Of a stretch of 32,000 nt of DNA, positions 1-8,920 are shown in pieces. The notes under the pieces are model-generated. The model was not told the origin of the DNA. It did no database searches and was given only the letters and a program-made list of their open reading frames with translations. Source of the DNA: an archaeon (GTDB lineage Archaea > Iainarchaeota > Iainarchaeia > Iainarchaeales > CSSED10-239); contig DAOOUC010000003.1 of NCBI GenBank assembly GCA_035390665.1, positions 60,001 through 92,000 of the forward strand. Direction: 5' to 3'. Both the position numbers and the translations under genes were made by a program. The number at the start of each line of letters is the position of its first letter. The first letter of the stretch is position 1.

Positions 1-330
1 AATATATATTCCTAAATTTTTCATTTGTGTTAAATCTTCTATTCCTAAACTTAATTCATATCTTCCTACAACAGAATAATCTAATTTATTTTCAAAATCA
101 TATCTATAAATAAAAGATTGCCCACTAACTATCTCTAAATTTGATTTGTCTCTGATTTGTATAGACTCTGGATTAATCTTAAAATCCGGATTTAATTTCA
201 TAGTAACAGGAGAATTAATACCAATTTCATATTCTTGTGATTTTATGGTTAAATAATCGTCTGAATCTTCTGCAAAAACAAATCCGAATAATAATATTAT
301 TGAGAAAATAATTGTAATTTTTTTTATCAT
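1..330 (-). CDS. exported hypothetical protein, partial (N-terminal 110 codons; 3' end lies beyond the left edge)
   Basis: ATG at 330..328. I checked every codon down to position 1 and found no stop, which explains its absence from the ORF track. The N-terminus MIKKITIIFSIILLFGFVFA/EDSDD looks like a signal peptide. Confidence 0.55.
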   Translation of the reverse strand, partial: MIKKITIIFSIILLFGFVFAEDSDDYLTIKSQEYEIGINSPVTMKLNPDFKINPESIQIRDKSNLEIVSGQSFIYRYDFENKLDYSVVGRYELSLGIEDLTQMKNLGIYI

Positions 331-414
331 ATTTATCACTTTTTACCTATTAATAATGTATACATATATATTACATATAGATATTTAAAACTAACTTTTA
401 AGAAAAGCAAACAT

Positions 415-1047
415 TTAGCATTTATTCTTAAGAATTAAGAAAAATTTCTGTTTCTTAGGATTATCTTTATTATAGATGTATTCTTTAACAAAAAATCCAA
501 TTCTTTCAAAACTAGAGTTTAATATTTCTGTTGTGTTCTTTTCTGGAGGGTAATATTGAATTATTATTATTCCATTTTCTTTCAAAATAGATTTAATTGA
601 TTTTCCTATTTTTTTAATAAGATTTTTTATTTCTATTTCTTGCTTATTTGTAAGAATCCATTGTAGTGCTGAAATAGAAATAATTAAATCAAATTTTTTA
701 TTTATTATTTCTTTTGGAAGATTTTCGAAATCTCCAAGATAACATTCAAATTTTTTGTATTTACAAATCTTTAACATTTCTTTTGCTGGATCTATTCCAA
801 TTAAGTTAATATAATGCCCTTGATTTTTTAAAAACTCTAAAGAAAAACCTGTTCCACAACCAATATCAAGTATAGAAATCTCTTTCGTTTTATTTTTAGT
901 TTCTTCAAAATATAGTTGTAGAATAATATTTGTTAATTCTGTTTGTGTTTTTTTCATTCCAGAATTATTCTCGTATCTTTTTGTTTCTTCAAAAGTATAG
1001 AAATCATTAGGATTTTCATAATTTTGTTCTGGTTTTAATTCAGACAT
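415..1047 (-). CDS. class I SAM-dependent methyltransferase, Bud23/WBSCR22-like (rRNA m7G methyltransferase family)
   Basis: 210-aa ORF with SAM motif I ILDIGCGTG. It is colinear with Bud23 landmarks: FY..EE..RY..NS, ISISALQW, IQYYP and a C-terminal KKQKFFLIL. Confidence 0.8.
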   Translation of the reverse strand: MSELKPEQNYENPNDFYTFEETKRYENNSGMKKTQTELTNIILQLYFEETKNKTKEISILDIGCGTGFSLEFLKNQGHYINLIGIDPAKEMLKICKYKKFECYLGDFENLPKEIINKKFDLIISISALQWILTNKQEIEIKNLIKKIGKSIKSILKENGIIIIQYYPPEKNTTEILNSSFERIGFFVKEYIYNKDNPKKQKFFLILKNKC

Positions 1048-1058
1048 ATTTATCCTAT

Positions 1059-2135
1059 TTAAGCAGATGCTAAAGGAATTGCAAGTTCTATTTTTGCTTT
1101 ATCTAATTCTTTTTTTATTTCTTTGTTAATGGAGTCTTTTATTTCCATTTGATCCCAATAGTCTATATTTTTGTTTATCCAGTAAATATAGGTTATATCT
1201 AAAGAAAATGTAGAAAATTTATCAAAAAATATATGATATTCTTCTAAAAGTTCATTTTTCTTTCTTTTACTATTAATAGCATCAAGTATTATTTTTTCAG
1301 CTTTAGATACTTGCTCAGATGTAGATTTAGATGATAAAGATAATGTTGCAACCACTCTTCTTGCAGGCATTGATTCCATATTTTCTAAACTTCTTCCTGA
1401 TAGAAAACTATTAGGAACCACGTGAATGGTGCCATCAAATGATTTAATTTTTGTTGTTCTTATTCCTATTTCTATTACTGTACCAGATATAAGCCCGTCA
1501 TTTGCTTTTACCCATTCTCCAACCTTAAATGGTCTTTCTGTGTAAATTATTAAACCACTAAAAAAGTTTTCAAGTAGTTCTTTAGATGCAAATGCAAGAG
1601 CAATACCTCCAATTCCAAGACCTGCAATTAAACCACTAATATTAAATCCAAGATTTGAGATAATTAATAATGCCGCAATAATAAAAATAAATATTTTAAT
1701 TAACATCTTTATTAAAGGCCTTAAATATTCATACCTTTTTATTTCTTCATTCTCTTCTGAATATTTCCCTAAATATTTCTCTATAATTACAATTAAGATC
1801 TTAATTATAAACCACGCTGCAAGTAACACATACAAACTAAATGCTAATTTATCAATTATTATTGCTAATGTCGTGGATGTTCTAAAAACTCTCGCAGCTC
1901 CTTTTAATACACCTACAAATATAATGAATAATATTGGTTCTGGCTTTCTTAAAATTTTAAATAATATCTCATATTTTGTACTTTTTTCTTCTAATTTTTT
2001 AAAAATAAAATTAAAAAATGAAGAAATAAGTTTTATGAATATAAATCCCAGAACTATGTATATCGAAAACAAAAGATAAGACGCGATAGTATTTCCTAAA
2101 AACATATGATCTAAAATTGCAAAACCAGTTATCAT
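1059..2135 (-). CDS. MscS-family mechanosensitive ion channel
   Basis: 358-aa ORF. N-terminal TM helices are followed by the MscS core GIGGIALAFASKELLENFFSGLIIYTERPFKVGEWV...GTVIEIGIRTTKIKSFDGTIHVVPNS. The stop is 11 nt from the start of the downstream methyltransferase. Confidence 0.9.
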   Translation of the reverse strand: MITGFAILDHMFLGNTIASYLLFSIYIVLGFIFIKLISSFFNFIFKKLEEKSTKYEILFKILRKPEPILFIIFVGVLKGAARVFRTSTTLAIIIDKLAFSLYVLLAAWFIIKILIVIIEKYLGKYSEENEEIKRYEYLRPLIKMLIKIFIFIIAALLIISNLGFNISGLIAGLGIGGIALAFASKELLENFFSGLIIYTERPFKVGEWVKANDGLISGTVIEIGIRTTKIKSFDGTIHVVPNSFLSGRSLENMESMPARRVVATLSLSSKSTSEQVSKAEKIILDAINSKRKKNELLEEYHIFFDKFSTFSLDITYIYWINKNIDYWDQMEIKDSINKEIKKELDKAKIELAIPLASA

Positions 2136-2208
2136 ATCTTATTCCTCAAATTATATTTATTAAGTATAATATTTTAAATCTATTTAAAATTAGAAAAACA
2201 TTAAAGAC

Positions 2209-2281
2209 CGCCCCAGGTAGGATTTGAACCTACGACCTATCGATTAACAGTCGATTGCTCCAACCACTGAGCTACTGAGGC
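2209..2281 (-). tRNA. tRNA-Asn (GTT)
   Basis: 73-nt cloverleaf folded by hand. Acceptor GCCTCAG/CTGGGGC, D-arm GCTC/GAGC, anticodon stem ATCGA/TCGAT with loop CTGTTAA, T-arm GTAGG-TTCAAAT-CCTAC. No encoded CCA. Confidence 0.9.
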
Positions 2282-2386
2282 TTAAATTTACTTATCTATA
2301 GAAAATTTATGAAATTGGCTCTATAATATATTTCTGCACAAAAATGTTTATAAATGATTTGCTTTAAAAGAAAAAAAGTAATAAGC

Positions 2387-2947
2387 CTATGCTACTAATA
2401 TAGGCTTTTTTGGTTTTTGTGGGGTTGTTGTTTCTTCTATAATTTTTTGTTTAACTAATGTAACTTCTTTAACCCCTTCTGGTGTAATTATTGCACCCAC
2501 AGGCATATCTGCAATAACTTTAAAAGTAATCTTTACTTCACCATCAGCTACACCTTTTATTAAAACACCACTAACGGCATGTATTTCGTCTCTTGCTATA
2601 GAAATATGGAAATCTCCCATATATTCATTGTCTCTTATTTTTGTAAAATCTCCAGAAACGCTTTTTATTATACAACTTTCATCATATTCTCTTTGTTTAA
2701 GTGTTCCTGTTCTTGTTGTTGCAACTTTTACATTTCTTAATTTTCCAGAAGCATCAACTAAACTTGCTTTTTTTATATTATTTTGCAAGAATGCTTTCTC
2801 AACACAATCAACTACTTCGTCTCCATCATCTAAGATAACATCTAACATAGTATTGTTTGTTTCTGCAGTATCTGCAACTCTACTTTTTATCATAATTTTA
2901 TCACATTTTTTATTTAGAACTATTGATATAAATATATATACCAACAA
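2387..2947 (-). CDS. PPC/DUF296-like (PD1-type) domain protein
   Basis: 186-aa ORF. The pattern LDVILDDGDEVVDCVEKAF...ASLVDASGKLRNVKV...HISIARDEIHAVSGVLIKG resembles PPC/DUF296. The start is ambiguous: ATG at 2947 abuts the upstream stop, and an alternative ATG at 2893 gives MIKSRVADT. Confidence 0.6.
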   Translation of the reverse strand: MLVYIFISIVLNKKCDKIMIKSRVADTAETNNTMLDVILDDGDEVVDCVEKAFLQNNIKKASLVDASGKLRNVKVATTRTGTLKQREYDESCIIKSVSGDFTKIRDNEYMGDFHISIARDEIHAVSGVLIKGVADGEVKITFKVIADMPVGAIITPEGVKEVTLVKQKIIEETTTPQKPKKPILVA

Positions 2948-3871
2948 TTAATTTATAAAGCTAATTATATTCTTTTTTTCTGTTATTCTTGTAATAATTT
3001 CTTTATATATCGGGGCATATGGTACGACTTTAATTTTGTTGGATATCTTGCTTTTAGGAGATGAAAAGATATATATTTCTTTTATTATTGAATCATTTAA
3101 TCTTTCCACCGCTCCTTCGCTTAATAATCCATGAGTGGCTATGACATATATATTCTTTGCTCCTTTTAATGCCAAGAAATTTGAAAATCTAACAATTAAT
3201 TCTCCGCTTGCTATTCTATTCCCAACTAATAAAATATCCTTCTCGTTAACAGATTTATTTATTTCAAATCCATTATCATTATTTTCATCAATTTTTGTGG
3301 TGTATACAAAATCACAACCAATTACTTTTGATATATCAACGGCTCTATCTCGCAATTCATAATCTAATGTTGTAACTACTAAATTTTTATTAGATTTAAA
3401 TTTTTGTTCCAAAATATATGAAAATACTTTCTTTATATTAATATTATATACTGGAATTTTAAATGCATTAATCAATTGAGGAGAATAAATATCAAAAGTA
3501 TAAATTGATGTTACTCCTGCTATTTGAAATTGTCTAACAATTAAATTAAAATTAATTTTATTTACCTGATCATCTAAAATTCTAGTATAGGGCAAATACG
3601 GTAAAATCAAATGTACTCCTCGTGCTCCATTTTTTATTAAAGTGTCAGATATCAAATAAATTTCCATAAGTGAATCATTTACTGGCGTAGTAATATTATA
3701 TATCAAGAAAGCATCTTTATTCTGTACATGGCTTTTTATATCCACTAATGTTTCAGAATCATTTATTTTTTTAACATCCATGTGCCCTAATAAAATGTTG
3801 GTTTCAGAAGAAATGGTATTTGCCAAAGATAAGTCTTTATTTGGCGCAAATATTATATATTCTTCATTCAT
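2948..3871 (-). CDS. ribose-phosphate pyrophosphokinase (Prs)-like protein with degenerate catalytic motifs
   Basis: 307-aa ORF colinear with Prs (KINDSE, PVNDSLMEI, ILPYLPY). The RQDR motif reads RILD, the DLH..QIQGFF motif reads DIY..QLINAF, and the PRPP loop DD..DTGGT reads GNRIASGEL. Confidence 0.7.
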   Translation of the reverse strand: MNEEYIIFAPNKDLSLANTISSETNILLGHMDVKKINDSETLVDIKSHVQNKDAFLIYNITTPVNDSLMEIYLISDTLIKNGARGVHLILPYLPYTRILDDQVNKINFNLIVRQFQIAGVTSIYTFDIYSPQLINAFKIPVYNINIKKVFSYILEQKFKSNKNLVVTTLDYELRDRAVDISKVIGCDFVYTTKIDENNDNGFEINKSVNEKDILLVGNRIASGELIVRFSNFLALKGAKNIYVIATHGLLSEGAVERLNDSIIKEIYIFSSPKSKISNKIKVVPYAPIYKEIITRITEKKNIISFIN

Positions 3872-3976
3872 AACTAATGTAGATATTAATATTTTAAAAA
3901 ATAATGTTTTTTTCTCAAATTCACAAAAAAAATACCCCTTTGTTTTTATATTCTTGTTTTTTCTTAAAATATTATA

Positions 3977-5707
3977 ATGTATTTAAAACTTAAAGAAAAT
4001 AGTATAGACAAAGATTTATTTTATAACTGTTATAAAAATTTTGATAAAAAAGAGTTAGTTGTATTTAATTGTAAAAACTGTAATGATGCCCCTTGTATTT
4101 TAGCTTGCCCGCAAAAAGCTATATCTAAACAAAAAAATGGAATTGTTTTTATTGATTCAAAAAAATGTATTGGCTGTAAAAGTTGTGTGTTTGCTTGTCC
4201 AGAAAATGCAATTATTTTTAAGAATAATAAAGCTACAAAATGTGATTTATGTTTAAATAATTCATTTATCATGCCATGTTATTATGCTAATAGAGATGTA
4301 TTAGAATTCTGTGAAAATTTAGATTCTGAAACACACACAATAATCTTAGAAAAATATTTAGGATATATAATTACAAAGGAAAAAATAATCCAAACCCTAT
4401 CGTTAGATGGAAAGGTTATAAAAACAGATAATAAAACAATGTATTTACTTAAATATCAACAGTTATCCAATGATGAAATAAAAGTTATTAATGAAATACT
4501 TGATTCTTATAAATTCAAAACCGAAGAATATAATCAAAATATTAAATTAAATCTAGAAACAGAACTAATAGAATATTGTTATAAAAACAATATAGAATTA
4601 GATAAAGACCAATTCTCTTATTTAATTGATCTTGCCATAAATAATTTATTTGAATTCGGGCCATTAACACATTTACTTAATGATTTTAATCTGGAAGAAA
4701 TTGCAATAATTGGGATAAATCTCCCTGTATTTGTATATCATAGAATTTATGGCTGGCTAGAAACTAATTTAAAATATATTTCTGAACAAAAATTAAAGGA
4801 TATAATAAATAAATTAGGTTGGAATACAAACAAATATATTACATTGAAGAATCCAATAATGGATGCAACTTTAAAAGATCACACTCGACTTAATGCTATA
4901 ATTTCTCCAATAACAGAAAGTGTTTGTTTAACCATTAGAAAATTTTCAGAAAGACCAATATCTATTTTTGATTTATTAAAATATAAAACTATCTCATCTA
5001 AAGCTCTTGCTTTTCTTAAATTAGCATTTTTAACTGACGCTAATATTTTTGTTGTTGGTAATACTGGTTCTGGTAAAACTACTACTTTAAATGCATTATT
5101 GGATTTTATACCAAAAGAGGAGCGCCTTATTCTTGTTGAAGAAGTTCAGGAAATTAATGTTACACATCCACACAAGGTGTCAATTTTAGTAAATAAAGAA
5201 TTGGGAATTACTATGGAAAATCTAATAATAAATACACTTAGAATGAGACCAGATAAGGTCGTGATTGGAGAAGTAAGATCTAGAGAAGAATCAAATGCAT
5301 TAATTGATTCTTTACTTTGTGGTCAAGCTAAAGGGACATATACAACTTTTCATGCACAATCTGCAAAAGATGCAACCTTGAGGTTTCTTTCTTATGGGAT
5401 TTTAGAAAATGATATTACTGCAATAGATCTAATCATAACTCAAAGAAGATATAACGAATATATTAATGACAGCAATTTTAAGGATAAAAGAAAAATATTT
5501 GAAATCTCTGAAATATTTTATGAGAATAATAAACTAAAAATCAATAAAATATTTGAATATTGCCCAGATAAAAAAGAATTATTATTTAAAAACTACCCAA
5601 ATAAACTAATGCAAAAATTTCAACTTGCTTTTGGGATAAAAACCAAAAAACAATTATTGGAATTAATAGATATAGAAGAAAAGAGAATTCTATCTAAAAA
5701 AATTTGA
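3977..5707 (+). CDS. type IV pilus/archaellum-family secretion ATPase (PilB/FlaI/TadA-like) with an N-terminal 4Fe-4S poly-ferredoxin domain
   Basis: 576-aa ORF. Cys motifs: C32-x2-C-x4-C-x3-CP, C64-x2-C-x2-C-x3-CP, and a partial C89-x2-C...C101. Walker A GNTGSGKTT is at nt 5057-5083, followed by LILVEEVQE and RPDKVVIGEVRSREE. Confidence 0.85.
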   Translation: MYLKLKENSIDKDLFYNCYKNFDKKELVVFNCKNCNDAPCILACPQKAISKQKNGIVFIDSKKCIGCKSCVFACPENAIIFKNNKATKCDLCLNNSFIMPCYYANRDVLEFCENLDSETHTIILEKYLGYIITKEKIIQTLSLDGKVIKTDNKTMYLLKYQQLSNDEIKVINEILDSYKFKTEEYNQNIKLNLETELIEYCYKNNIELDKDQFSYLIDLAINNLFEFGPLTHLLNDFNLEEIAIIGINLPVFVYHRIYGWLETNLKYISEQKLKDIINKLGWNTNKYITLKNPIMDATLKDHTRLNAIISPITESVCLTIRKFSERPISIFDLLKYKTISSKALAFLKLAFLTDANIFVVGNTGSGKTTTLNALLDFIPKEERLILVEEVQEINVTHPHKVSILVNKELGITMENLIINTLRMRPDKVVIGEVRSREESNALIDSLLCGQAKGTYTTFHAQSAKDATLRFLSYGILENDITAIDLIITQRRYNEYINDSNFKDKRKIFEISEIFYENNKLKINKIFEYCPDKKELLFKNYPNKLMQKFQLAFGIKTKKQLLELIDIEEKRILSKKI

Positions 5708-5713
5708 ATAATT

Positions 5714-6427
5714 ATGTTGTCTAATAACATTAAAATGCTTTTGATTTTAGGGTTAGTAATAACTATATTATTTTTATTATTAAATTTCATATATCCTTTA
5801 GATTTAATATTCTTAATTTATATTGAATTCATTTTTGTTGTTATTTATTATTCGGTTTGGTTTTTTATAAAACGGATAAAAGAACAAGATGAGAAAACAA
5901 GATTGTTAAGAGAACTTCCTTTTTTTCTTAATAGTCTTGCTAGTGATCTAGATAAAAATATACCTTTAAAATTATCTTTAGAAAATCAAGCTAAAAGAAA
6001 TACTTTGATTGGAACAAAAGTCAGTTTAGCACTGTTTCTTGTTTCAAATAAAGGATATACTTTACAATCAGCATTAGAAAATATATCTAAAAATAATATT
6101 GAATTAGAGCGAGTAATTTATCAAATAATAGACATTTTACATAGTGGGACTAAAAATAAATCAGAAGTTTTTAGAATATTAGCTAATAATTTTCTAGAGC
6201 AACAAAGCACGGCCACGAAAAATTATTCCACCAAATTAAGTTTCTTATCTTTAGTCTTTGTTGTTGTGTCCGCAATTGTCCCCGCTTTATTTTTAATGTT
6301 TTTCTTAGTTGGCAGTAATTTTTTTGAGATTGAAATTTCGGTGGTTGGCATTATTTTAATAACAATAATTTTATTTCCAATCATTGATATGTTCATATTA
6401 TTATTTATGAGAGCAAATCTTGTTTAG
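5714..6427 (+). CDS. pilus platform membrane protein, GspF/TadB-like half
   Basis: 237-aa polytopic ORF starting 6 nt after the ATPase stop. It has N-terminal TM helices, a soluble helical domain (LRELPFFLNSLASDLDKNIPL...) and C-terminal TM helices, as in T2SS-F/TadB/FlaJ halves. Confidence 0.7.
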   Translation: MLSNNIKMLLILGLVITILFLLLNFIYPLDLIFLIYIEFIFVVIYYSVWFFIKRIKEQDEKTRLLRELPFFLNSLASDLDKNIPLKLSLENQAKRNTLIGTKVSLALFLVSNKGYTLQSALENISKNNIELERVIYQIIDILHSGTKNKSEVFRILANNFLEQQSTATKNYSTKLSFLSLVFVVVSAIVPALFLMFFLVGSNFFEIEISVVGIILITIILFPIIDMFILLFMRANLV

Positions 6428-6439
6428 GGGCAATAAACA

Positions 6440-7258
6440 ATGAAAAAATATTTAATTATTATTTTTAATATTTTATCTATCTTTGTTTTTATTATCTATA
6501 AAATTAATATTTTCCTTTCTTTAATTTTTTTAATTGTTGGTAATATTATAATTATTTTATTAAATAAATTATATTGTAAATATATTATAGATCTTGAGCG
6601 AAAAAAAATAGAATATGCACTTTTAGATGAAATTTTAGTATTATCAAGTCAACCAAGAATTAATGACCTTAATCAATTACTTACAAAATTGTCTCATTCC
6701 AATAACAAACTAATATCTAAAGAATTTAGAATAATTCTTCATAAAATTGAAGAAGGACATAGTGTTAAAGATGTACTTTTTGTATTTTCAAAAAAATATA
6801 ACTCTGAAATATTAGATCGCTTTCTTGATTTATTATATGGATCTATTACCACTGGTACTACATCTGTTGTTGATTATCGTTCTTTTGCCAATAATTTTTT
6901 AAAGTCTAAGCAATTAATTGACGAAAGAAATTCAGTTCTTTTAATTCAAAAATATACTATTATTTTTGCAGGGTGTTTTATTGTACCAGGAATATTAGGA
7001 ATTGTAATTTCTTTAGTTAACAAATTAATTGGAAACTTAGATTTTTCATTAATTGATGCCTCAACCAAATTAGCAAGTAATACAATGTTATTTTCTACTT
7101 GTTATTATTGTTCTATTATTTATATTATAGAATATGTATTCATTTCTTCAATTTATTTAAGCATGTTAGAATCAGATATTAAAAAAACTATAATTTATAT
7201 TATTTTCTTAATGCCAATTTCTATAATTATATTTTTTTTAAGTTCTATTCTTATTTAA
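6440..7258 (+). CDS. pilus platform membrane protein, GspF/TadC-like half
   Basis: 272-aa polytopic ORF starting 12 nt after the previous stop. It has the same TM / helical domain / TM layout (ILHKIEEGHSVKDVLFVFSKKYNSEILDRFLDLLYGSITTG). Confidence 0.65.
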   Translation: MKKYLIIIFNILSIFVFIIYKINIFLSLIFLIVGNIIIILLNKLYCKYIIDLERKKIEYALLDEILVLSSQPRINDLNQLLTKLSHSNNKLISKEFRIILHKIEEGHSVKDVLFVFSKKYNSEILDRFLDLLYGSITTGTTSVVDYRSFANNFLKSKQLIDERNSVLLIQKYTIIFAGCFIVPGILGIVISLVNKLIGNLDFSLIDASTKLASNTMLFSTCYYCSIIYIIEYVFISSIYLSMLESDIKKTIIYIIFLMPISIIIFFLSSILI

Positions 7259-7297
7259 AAGCATTTTGTTATATAATTTTTTAAATAGGAACTTGAA

Positions 7298-7897
7298 ATG
7301 ATTGAGAATATATTTGCATATTTTTTAAATAATTTAAATTATTTTACAATTGCTTTATTAATGACAATAGAAAGTTCATTTATTCCTTTTCCTTCAGAAG
7401 TTGTTATGATTCCTGCAGGGTTTTTAGCTTATCAAGGTAAATTAAATATATTTCTAGCAATTTTTTCAGGGATTATTGGTTCTTTACTTGGCGCACTTAT
7501 TAATTACTATATTGGATTGAAATTAGGGCGTAAATTAATTACCAAAAATAAGAAATTTCTTTTTATTAATATTAAACATCTTGACTGGTCTGAAAAATAT
7601 TTCAAGAAACACGGGGGTAAAACTACTTTTTTTTGTAGATTGATTCCTGCTGTAAGGCAATATATTTCAATACCTGCGGGTTTTGCAAAGATGGATATTA
7701 AACAATTTATTATTTTTACATCTCTAGGCGCAGGAATTTGGGTTATTTTCTTAACTTTTTTAGGATATTTTCTTGGATTGTCTGTTGCTCAAAATGTTGC
7801 ACATATTTTTAATTATATAATGTATGGTCTATTAGGGATAATTGTTTTAGTGTTTGGTATTATAATAGCCTATAAGTTCATAATTAGAAAACATTAA
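7298..7897 (+). CDS. DedA/SNARE-associated family membrane protein
   Basis: 199-aa ORF with DedA signatures ESSFIPFPSEVVMIPAGF, YYIGLKLGR and FFCRLIPAVRQYISIPAG. Confidence 0.85.
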   Translation: MIENIFAYFLNNLNYFTIALLMTIESSFIPFPSEVVMIPAGFLAYQGKLNIFLAIFSGIIGSLLGALINYYIGLKLGRKLITKNKKFLFINIKHLDWSEKYFKKHGGKTTFFCRLIPAVRQYISIPAGFAKMDIKQFIIFTSLGAGIWVIFLTFLGYFLGLSVAQNVAHIFNYIMYGLLGIIVLVFGIIIAYKFIIRKH

Positions 7898-7947
7898 GAT
7901 ATATAAACATTTTGTAGATTAATTATAATATAGTTTAATCGATTTTT

Positions 7948-8019
7948 GCCCTAGTAGTCTATCGGTTAGGATGCAACCCTGTCGAGGTTGCGGGACGGGT
8001 CCGACTCCCGTCTAGGGCG
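7948..8019 (+). tRNA. tRNA-Asp (GTC)
   Basis: 72-nt cloverleaf. Acceptor GCCCTAG/CTAGGGC, anticodon stem CAACC/GGTTG with loop CTGTCGA, T-stem ACGGG/CCCGT. The T-loop reads TCCGACT, which is atypical. No CCA; a T-run follows. Confidence 0.8.
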
Positions 8020-8037
8020 TTTTATTCTATTTTTAAT

Positions 8038-8856
8038 TTATAACAAACTAATTGTTAATAAGTCCCTTAGTCCTGTTAAGAAACCTAAGATTATTATCAA
8101 TAGTTTAATATAAACCCTTTCTTCTGATTCTTTAATTAATCTGTCAACAACAATTATAAATACTAAAATAAAAAATATTTTTATAATAGGGTATAGAATT
8201 GGAAAAAAACTAATAACTACTCGCGAAATCGGATGTTGCTCATAAAGTAAATTACTAAAAAAGAACATCCCAGACAAAGTTGCTGAAAAATCAGTTATTT
8301 GGCTTAAAAATAATAATTTATTTTCTAATTGATTAAATATCTTTATGTTTAATCTATTAAAAATCCACGAAAAGATAAAAAATATTATAATTATTGTAAA
8401 AATCGTAATCGTTAAAACGAAAATATTTTTAATATGTATAATCTCATAAATAAACAAGGGTAAACACAAAAAAATCCCAAAAAAAATTAACCAATTATAA
8501 TATTTTGACTTATTTTTTGATAAATAAATAGACAACATAAAGAAAAAAATAAATAAAAAAGCAACAAGTAATAACCATCCTGGTGTGTGGAAATAGAAAC
8601 CTAAATCTAAAGGGGAATTAGATGGAGTTATTAACCACACACCTGTGTATTCTTGTTCAAGTATTCTTAAAAGAGAACCTAAACAAACAAATGGAATAAC
8701 TGAATAAACAAAATGCTTATTTATTACAATAAATGGAAATTTCCATTTAATTATTTTATAAAACCAAAAATATCCTATACAAACCACTAGTGTATAAATT
8801 GTTGAATTAATTAAATTATATCCATTTAAAAAAACACTATTTAAAATATGCTCCAT
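8038..8856 (-). CDS. polytopic integral membrane protein, DUF63-like
   Basis: 272-aa ORF with roughly 7-8 hydrophobic helices. The N-terminal pattern (GYNLINSTIYTLVV...IPFVCLGSLLRILEQ) recalls the archaeal DUF63 family. The family assignment is tentative. Confidence 0.6.
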   Translation of the reverse strand: MEHILNSVFLNGYNLINSTIYTLVVCIGYFWFYKIIKWKFPFIVINKHFVYSVIPFVCLGSLLRILEQEYTGVWLITPSNSPLDLGFYFHTPGWLLLVAFLFIFFFMLSIYLSKNKSKYYNWLIFFGIFLCLPLFIYEIIHIKNIFVLTITIFTIIIIFFIFSWIFNRLNIKIFNQLENKLLFLSQITDFSATLSGMFFFSNLLYEQHPISRVVISFFPILYPIIKIFFILVFIIVVDRLIKESEERVYIKLLIIILGFLTGLRDLLTISLL

Positions 8857-8920
8857 TTAAATTAATTTATATTTTTAATTATATATAAAATTAGAGTATA
8901 ATATTTTTTGTGAAATTGTT

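Noticed and set aside
356-365. A 10-bp perfect palindrome, ATGTATACAT, in the intergenic region upstream of the partial ORF at 1-330.
   Set aside because: Short A/T palindromes are expected by chance in sequence this AT-rich. There is no second copy or partner site.
3780-3977. A 65-aa plus-strand ORF running from inside the Prs-like gene start through the divergent intergenic region.
   Set aside because: It overlaps the 5' end of the Prs-like gene on the opposite strand and covers the A/T-rich promoter region of the ATPase operon. Its sequence is low complexity.
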